Both the position numbers and the translations under genes were made by a program. Source: Vulcanimicrobiota bacterium (GTDB lineage Bacteria > Vulcanimicrobiota > Xenobia > Xenobiales > JADMJV01). Taken from it: DNA of 64,000 nucleotides. The stretch spans positions 475,720 through 539,719 of the forward strand of contig JBFWNU010000006.1 of NCBI GenBank assembly GCA_050250895.1, written 5' to 3'. Shown here piece after piece: positions 58,095 to 64,000 of the stretch. Under the pieces are notes generated by a model that saw only the letters and a program-made list of their open reading frames with translations, made no database searches and was not told the origin of the DNA. How positions within the stretch are numbered: the stretch's first letter is position 1; the number at the start of each line of letters is the position of its first letter.

Positions 58095-59915
58095 ATGCCA
58101 AGAGTCAGGGTTCTCGATAAAAGCGTGGCCGAACGGATCGCCGCTGGCGAGGTGGTCGAGCGACCCGCCTCGGTGGTCAAAGAACTGGTCGAGAATTCGC
58201 TCGACGCCGGTGCTTCGAAGGTGACCGTCGAACTCCACGCGGGCGGCATTCATCGCCTGCGGGTGATCGACGACGGGTTCGGCATGAGCCGCGATGACGC
58301 CAACCTGGCCCTGCAACGGTTTGCCACCAGCAAGATTCGCGAGTGGGAAGACCTGGATTCACTCGATTCGCTCGGTTTTCGCGGCGAGGCGCTGCCCAGC
58401 ATCGCAGCCGTGTCTCGCCTCGAGATCGTCACTAGCGAACCGCAAGCGGAGTTCGGCTGTCGTCTCGAGGTCGATGGGGGAGAGGTGGTGGCCGACACCG
58501 ATGTGGCCCCGGTCGGGGGCACCCGCATTACCGTGAGCGACCTCTATTACAACACCCCCGCTCGGCGCAAATTCTTGCGCAGTCCAGCGGCCGAGACCTC
58601 GCAAACGGTCGATCTGATTTCTCGTCTGGGGGTGACCCGGCCCGAAGTGCAGTTCTCGGTCTTATCCAACGGCCGTGAACTCTTGATGTTCGCCCAGGGA
58701 ATGGCCTTGCGTGATCGGCTGGCCACCATCTGGAAGATCCCCCGCGAAGCGCTGGTCGATGTGGCCGGCATGGTCGAAGGGGTGACAGTGGTGGGTCTGG
58801 CGGCTCTACCCGAACACACGCGGGGGAACCGCACCGGTCAGATTTTCACTGTCAATGGACGTCTCATCAAGTCGGCCATGTTGAGCCAGGCCGTGCTCGA
58901 GGGCTATAGCCCGATGGTCCCTCGGGGGCGGTTTCCGCTGGTGCTGCTCAACCTGGTGCTCGATCCCGGAGCCATCGACGTCAACGTTCATCCCACCAAA
59001 GCCGAAGTGCGTTTCGCCAATCAGCGCAGCCCCTTTCGGGCGGTGCACCGCACTCTGGCCGCGGCCCTGGAAGAGGCCGAGGCCGAGACCGTGTTGCCCC
59101 GCCATCTCGAAGCCGTGCTCGAGCTGCCTCCCGAACCGGCGCGCGCCCCCTGGAATGAAGAGGCGCGGCCCGCTCCCGAGCCGGTGGCTGCGGCCGTCTC
59201 GTGGTCGCGACCCAGCCCCCCACCGCGCTCGCCGGGAACCGACCGGGTGCTCGAGCTCTATCGGCCCTTGCCCGAGCCCGACCTGGCCCAGGCGAACGCT
59301 CCCGAGCCGCAGACCAGGCTTGAATTCGAGTTCCAGGACGAGATCGAGGTGTTGGCCCAGATCCATAACAGCTACATCGTGGCTCTGGTCGACGGCGAAC
59401 TGTGGGTGATCGATCAGCACGCCGCTCACGAGCGCATTCATTATGAGCGATTGGCCCATCTGGCCGTGGTAGGCGGCGGGGCCCAGGGCTTCGTGGTCCC
59501 CGAAGTGGTCGAGTTTTCCCCGGCCGTGAGCGCGTTTCTGCAGGGCCATCTCGACGACTTTGCCAGTCTCGGCTTTGAAGCCGAGCCATTCGGCGGCACC
59601 GCCTTCCAGTTGCGGACCGTGCCGCCGGGCCTCAAGCCCAAGCTCGGGGTCGAGGTCTTTTCGTCGGTGGTGGAAGAGGCGGCCGAAGGCTCGGTGGCCG
59701 TACGCAGCGCCACCCAGGAGGTGTTGCGCGAAAAGCTGCGGGCCATGGTTGCCTGTAAAAGCTCGATCCGAGCCCGCGAGCGCCTGACCCGCCCCGAGAT
59801 GCACCAGTTGATCGTCGACCTGCTCAAAGCCGAGCGGTCCCCCTATTGCCCCCACGGACGGCCCACCCGCGTGCGCCTGGACCTGCGGGCGCTCGAGCGG
59901 CTATTCCACCGGTGA
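58095..59915 (+). CDS. mutL: DNA mismatch repair endonuclease MutL
   Basis: IAAGEVVERPASVVKELVENSLDAG, GFRGEAL, DVNVHPTK, DQHAAHER, CPHGRP. Confidence 0.97.
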   Translation: MPRVRVLDKSVAERIAAGEVVERPASVVKELVENSLDAGASKVTVELHAGGIHRLRVIDDGFGMSRDDANLALQRFATSKIREWEDLDSLDSLGFRGEALPSIAAVSRLEIVTSEPQAEFGCRLEVDGGEVVADTDVAPVGGTRITVSDLYYNTPARRKFLRSPAAETSQTVDLISRLGVTRPEVQFSVLSNGRELLMFAQGMALRDRLATIWKIPREALVDVAGMVEGVTVVGLAALPEHTRGNRTGQIFTVNGRLIKSAMLSQAVLEGYSPMVPRGRFPLVLLNLVLDPGAIDVNVHPTKAEVRFANQRSPFRAVHRTLAAALEEAEAETVLPRHLEAVLELPPEPARAPWNEEARPAPEPVAAAVSWSRPSPPPRSPGTDRVLELYRPLPEPDLAQANAPEPQTRLEFEFQDEIEVLAQIHNSYIVALVDGELWVIDQHAAHERIHYERLAHLAVVGGGAQGFVVPEVVEFSPAVSAFLQGHLDDFASLGFEAEPFGGTAFQLRTVPPGLKPKLGVEVFSSVVEEAAEGSVAVRSATQEVLREKLRAMVACKSSIRARERLTRPEMHQLIVDLLKAERSPYCPHGRPTRVRLDLRALERLFHR

Positions 59916-60814
59916 AAAGGGTAGTGGCCGTAACCGGTCCTACCGCCTCGGGCAAGACGGCCCTCTCCCTGGCCCTGGCCGAACATTTTCAGGCCGAAAT
60001 CATCAGTGTCGATTCGGCCCTGGTCTATCGTGGTTTAGACATCGCCACGGCTAAGCCAACCCCGGCAGAGCTGGCCAGGGTGCGCCATCACCTGGTCGAC
60101 CTGGTCGAGGTCGACCACCAGTTCAGTTTGGCCGACTTCCAGGCACGGGCCCGTCAGGCCATCGACGACATCCATGGGCGGGGACGCCTGCCTCTGCTGG
60201 TGGGCGGTACCGGCCTCTACCTGCGGGCCCTGACCGAAGGCTACACCCTGCCCGACGCACCACCCGACGAGCGGCTGCGGGCTAGACTGTCTGAGCGGAG
60301 CCTGGCCGAGAACCTGGCCGAACTCGAGCGGCTCGACCCTCAGGCGTTCGGCTTCATCGACCAGCGAAACCCCCGCCGCGTGGTGCGCGCGCTGGAAGTC
60401 TGCAGATTGACGGGCCGCCCCTTCTCGAGCTTCTATCGCCGCCACGACCCCGGTTTCGTGTCGCTCAAGCTGGGGCTGGCCTGGCCGTTCGAGCAATTGC
60501 GCCCCAGAATTCGCCAAAGAGTCGAAGAAATGGTGTCCGCCGGCCTGGTAGAGGAGGTGCGAACACTGTTCGAGAATGGATACGCCCCGCATCTGCGAAG
60601 GCTCCGTATCATCGGATACACCGAGGTTCTAGATGCACTTGAGGGCAACTGCTCGCTGGCCGAGGCGATCGAGCAGATCGTAAGCAACACGGGGCGTCTG
60701 GCTAAGCGTCAGATGACCTGGTTGCGCAAAGAAGAGGGAGTGTGCTGGCTGGAGCCTAACCAACGTCTGCGGGACGAGGCTGTCCGTCTGGTCCAGAATT
60801 TTCTGGCCGCCTAG
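59912..60814 (+). CDS. miaA: tRNA dimethylallyltransferase
   Basis: GPTASGKT, SVDSALVYRGLDIATAKP, VGGTGLY, AKRQMTW. Confidence 0.96.
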   Translation: MKRVVAVTGPTASGKTALSLALAEHFQAEIISVDSALVYRGLDIATAKPTPAELARVRHHLVDLVEVDHQFSLADFQARARQAIDDIHGRGRLPLLVGGTGLYLRALTEGYTLPDAPPDERLRARLSERSLAENLAELERLDPQAFGFIDQRNPRRVVRALEVCRLTGRPFSSFYRRHDPGFVSLKLGLAWPFEQLRPRIRQRVEEMVSAGLVEEVRTLFENGYAPHLRRLRIIGYTEVLDALEGNCSLAEAIEQIVSNTGRLAKRQMTWLRKEEGVCWLEPNQRLRDEAVRLVQNFLAA

Positions 60815-60844
60815 CGGGCCTCAGCGAGAGAGGGAGAAAAAAAG

Positions 60845-61114
60845 ATGAATCTGAATTTGCAAGACGCCTTTCTTGCCCAACTAAAGAAAGAGGGCAATGT
60901 CGTAGCAGTCTTTTTGTCCAAGGGGGTCCAACTCAAAGGGGTCATCCGCGGCTTTGACAACTTCACCATTTTTCTAGAGGACCACGAAGGTCGGCTCCAG
61001 ATGGTGTACAAACACTCTGTGACCACCGTCAGCCCGACCCGTGACACCAGTGACGGCTTCCTGCGCGAAGCCTTTAAAGATTCGGCGGACAAGAAGAACT
61101 CTGTAGCCCGTTGA
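60845..61114 (+). CDS. hfq: RNA chaperone Hfq
   Basis: LQDAFL, GVQLKG, FDNF, QMVYKHSVTT; miaA-hfq gene order. Confidence 0.93.
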   Translation: MNLNLQDAFLAQLKKEGNVVAVFLSKGVQLKGVIRGFDNFTIFLEDHEGRLQMVYKHSVTTVSPTRDTSDGFLREAFKDSADKKNSVAR

Positions 61115-61947
61115 GCCCTCTCTCCTTTTCCAAGTGGGAGGGGCTGGGCAACGACTTCATCGTCCTGGATGCCCGCGATGACCGCCCCGAGGAGCCGGGC
61201 GAACTGGCCGAAACCATCTGCGACCGCCATTTTGGGGCTGGAGCAGATGGATTGATCCTGCTGACCCGGGGGCAAGACGCCGACCTGGGCATGGAGATCT
61301 ACAACTCCGACGGCTCGCCTGCTTCGATGTGCGGCAACGCGATCCGCTGCCTGGCCGCCATGGCTCATCGTCACGGCCTGGTGACTGCCAAGAGCGGCGA
61401 GATCGTCTTCTCGACCCCCAGCGGACTTCGCTCAACTCGTCTGTTGGGCGCTTCACCCTGGTGGGTCGAAGTCGACATGGGTAGACCCAGCGCCTGGGGC
61501 GAAGGAGCCGGTGAACTCTCTCCGGTCAACGAAATCGAGCTCGAACTGGGTGACCAGAGGGTGCCTGCCTTCCTGGTCTCGATGGGCAATCCCCACTGTG
61601 TGGTTCTGGCCCCGAATCTCGGCGAGAGCTGGCTGTCCTGGGGCAAGCACCTCGAGAAGACCATGAATGGCGACGAAGGCACCAACGTCGAATTTGTCGA
61701 GGTATACGACACCGACAACCTGGGAGTCAAGGTGTGGGAGCGAGGGGCCGGCGCCACCCTGGCCTGCGGCACCGGGGCCTGCGCCGCGCTGGTGGCTATG
61801 GCCAGTATCGGAAAGTGCCATCGGGCCGCCCAGGTGAGCTTACCCGGGGGGGCGCTTCAGGTCGAGTGGACGCGTGAGGGCCGGGTGCTCATGCGGGGAC
61901 CGGCCCGCGAGCTGTATCGTGGAGAATGGAGTCCCGACCCCAATTGA
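61111..61947 (+). CDS. dapF: diaminopimelate epimerase
   Basis: GLGNDF, GADG, MCGNAIRC, MGNPH, NVEF, WERGAGATLACGTGACA. Confidence 0.96.
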   Translation: MSPLSFSKWEGLGNDFIVLDARDDRPEEPGELAETICDRHFGAGADGLILLTRGQDADLGMEIYNSDGSPASMCGNAIRCLAAMAHRHGLVTAKSGEIVFSTPSGLRSTRLLGASPWWVEVDMGRPSAWGEGAGELSPVNEIELELGDQRVPAFLVSMGNPHCVVLAPNLGESWLSWGKHLEKTMNGDEGTNVEFVEVYDTDNLGVKVWERGAGATLACGTGACAALVAMASIGKCHRAAQVSLPGGALQVEWTREGRVLMRGPARELYRGEWSPDPN

Positions 61948-63047
61948 ATCGTTGTCCTAACTTGATAAGGCGTCTGGCCGAACAGGGGCTGGGCGCCATG
62001 CTGATCACCAGTGAGCACAATCGACGTTATCTGTCCGGGTTTTCCGGCTCTAACGGTTGGCTGGTGGTGAGCCCCGACCACCGCTTGCTGATCACCGACG
62101 GACGCTACTGGACCCAGGTGGGCGACCAGGCTCCCGAGTGGGAGCTCTTTCGCTTCACCAGCGAGGCCCACCAACGCTTGAGCCTGGCCCTGGCCCAGTG
62201 GCTCAAGGAGCATCCCCTCGAGGGGCCGATCGGTTATGAGGCCGATCATCTCACCTGTCTCGAGTTCAGTAGACTCGAGACCGATCTGGCCGGTTGTGAA
62301 CTCAAGGCCGTCTCGGGAGTGGTCGAGGGGTTGCGAGCCGTCAAAGATCAGCTCGAACTCGAAGCCATGAGAGCCACGGCGGCGGCCGCCGACCGCGCTT
62401 TCGCCACCGCCCTGCAGACGTTTCAAGTTGGGGTGCGCGAACGCGATTTTTGTGCCGAGCTGGAATACCAGATGCAACGCGAGGGGGCCCGCAAGCCATC
62501 CTTCGACAGTATCGTGGCCTCCGGCCCCAACGGGGCGTATCCCCACGCCGGGGTGACCGACCGGGTGATCGGTCCGGGAGAACTGGTGACCGTCGACTTC
62601 GGAGCTTATCTCGACGGCTACGCTTCCGATATCACTCGCACTATCTGGGTGGGCGAGCCCGACGACTTGTCGCGTCGGGTTTATGCGGTGGTGCGCCAGG
62701 CCCAGCGGCTAGCGCTCGAGGGGGTGCGGGCCGGTCGAACGGCCGCCGAACTCGACCAATTGGCCCGCGGCTACATCGAAAAGGAAGGCTTCGGCGAGGC
62801 TTTCATGCACAGTCTCGGCCACGGTATCGGGCTGGCCGTCCACGAGAGCCCCACCTTGCGCTCCACCGTCGACACTGTGCTCGAAGAGGGAATGGTGGTC
62901 ACCATCGAACCCGGTGTCTATCTGGCCGGAAAGACAGGCTGTCGGGTCGAAGACACGGTCGAGATCACGGCCGATGGGTGCCGTTTCGTGACCGGTTCAC
63001 CCTATCAAGAATTAGGTCAGCTTCACCCGCTCGAGGCATTTACCTAG
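61926..63047 (+). CDS. Xaa-Pro aminopeptidase (M24 family)
   Basis: TDGRY, PHA, VDFGA, SDITRT, HSLGHGIG, HESP, TIEPG, RVED; start may be TTG 61944. Confidence 0.92.
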   Translation: MESRPQLNRCPNLIRRLAEQGLGAMLITSEHNRRYLSGFSGSNGWLVVSPDHRLLITDGRYWTQVGDQAPEWELFRFTSEAHQRLSLALAQWLKEHPLEGPIGYEADHLTCLEFSRLETDLAGCELKAVSGVVEGLRAVKDQLELEAMRATAAAADRAFATALQTFQVGVRERDFCAELEYQMQREGARKPSFDSIVASGPNGAYPHAGVTDRVIGPGELVTVDFGAYLDGYASDITRTIWVGEPDDLSRRVYAVVRQAQRLALEGVRAGRTAAELDQLARGYIEKEGFGEAFMHSLGHGIGLAVHESPTLRSTVDTVLEEGMVVTIEPGVYLAGKTGCRVEDTVEITADGCRFVTGSPYQELGQLHPLEAFT

Positions 63048-63061
63048 AGCCTCAGAACGCG

Positions 63062-63379
63062 TCAGTGATCCCTGGGCTGGATTTCGACCCGTCCTTCGAG
63101 CAACCGACTGGGGTAGGTGCTGAGGCACTCGCCGGGCATGTCGAGGCATTCTCCGGTGGTGAGGTCGAACTCCCAACCGTGCCAGGGACACCCCAGGGTC
63201 GTGCCCATAAGATAGCCGTCTCCTAGAGGGCCGCCTTGATGCAGGCATTCATTCTCACAGACGTAGGTCTGTCCGTCGACCAAACACACCGCATAAGCCT
63301 TGCCAGCGGGGTCGTGGGCTACACAGGGCCGACCTTCTGTGAGGGGATCGACCAGCTTGAGTTCGATCCAGTCGTTCAA
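63062..63379 (-). CDS. Rieske [2Fe-2S] ferredoxin
   Basis: CLHQGGPL and CPWHGWEFD. Confidence 0.9.
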   Translation of the reverse strand: MNDWIELKLVDPLTEGRPCVAHDPAGKAYAVCLVDGQTYVCENECLHQGGPLGDGYLMGTTLGCPWHGWEFDLTTGECLDMPGECLSTYPSRLLEGRVEIQPRDH

Positions 63380-63999
63380 AGCAGCCTGAGCCTTTCCAGG
63401 TCTTTGCGTAACGCCTCGTAGCTTACGAACAGGTGGGTCTTCCAGCCGGCTCGGCGCGCGGCCTCGATGTTCTGCTCCAGGTCGTCAATCAGCAAGCACC
63501 GTTTGCCTTGCATACCCACCTTCTGCATGGCCAGTTCGAAAAAGGCCGGGTCCGGCTTGCGCAGCCCGTGCTCAAATGACAGGATGAGCGGATGGAAAGG
63601 CTCGTAGGCTCCCACCTCTTTCAGTTCGGCGGCGTGGTCGGCAATGGTGTTGCTCAGAGCCCCCACCACCAGATGCTTGCGGGCCAGCGTCCAGGACAGG
63701 TGCAGGACGTGAAGGTCCAGCCGCAGCGAAGCTTTCAGAATATCTCGCCACAGCCAGCGATACTTCTCTTTCTCGACGGGCGTACCCAGCCCCCGGGCCC
63801 AAAGGCGTTCGCCCACCACCCGCCAAAAGCCCAGGGAATCGATATTTCCGGTTTCGAGTTCGGGAATCAACGGTCCGGCCACCTCGACTACCGCCTCGGG
63901 TCCGCAGCCGAAAAGGGAGCCGGCCACTTCGGTATAGCGGTGAAGATCGGCGTGGACCAGGACGCCCCCGATATCAAAGAAGACCGCATCGATACTCAC
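63376..63999 (-). CDS. HAD-family phosphatase
   Basis: FFDIGGVL, LSNT, RKPDP, IDD motifs; start lies at the window edge. Confidence 0.9.
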   Translation of the reverse strand: MSIDAVFFDIGGVLVHADLHRYTEVAGSLFGCGPEAVVEVAGPLIPELETGNIDSLGFWRVVGERLWARGLGTPVEKEKYRWLWRDILKASLRLDLHVLHLSWTLARKHLVVGALSNTIADHAAELKEVGAYEPFHPLILSFEHGLRKPDPAFFELAMQKVGMQGKRCLLIDDLEQNIEAARRAGWKTHLFVSYEALRKDLERLRLL

Positions 64000-64000
64000 T

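Noticed and set aside
58095-63047. mutL-miaA-hfq-dapF-peptidase cluster as a novel system
   Set aside because: Common housekeeping gene order.

Overview
GC-rich bacterial chromosomal segment with about 52 protein-coding genes. The gene style suggests Eremiobacterota/Vulcanimicrobiota, but that is inference only. Housekeeping genes (sugar ABC permeases, ynbB-like, murI, nth, lon, ahcY-like, fhs, nupC, mutL-miaA-hfq-dapF, Xaa-Pro peptidase) are interleaved with accessory genes. No rRNA, tRNA or CRISPR array was seen. A repeat-rich island at about 13.2-18.7 kb holds a DUF222/HNH-type nuclease, a duplicated 3' end of a TSUP gene, 141-bp tandem repeats, and an intact IS3 (4-bp CAGG target duplication) inserted in a REP-like hairpin. 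The most notable pattern is a possible non-canonical type III-like export system. It includes a soluble, membrane-domain-less FlhA/SctV (FHIPEP) protein and several proteins with non-Sec, low-complexity N-terminal leaders, some carrying a FlgM-like DQ[VT] motif. It also includes a harpin-like lytic transglycosylase and an operon-like run of a giant coiled-coil protein, two paralogous glycine-zipper/coiled-coil proteins and an anthrax-lethal-factor-like HExxH protease. All functional calls rest on motif recognition; no database search was run.
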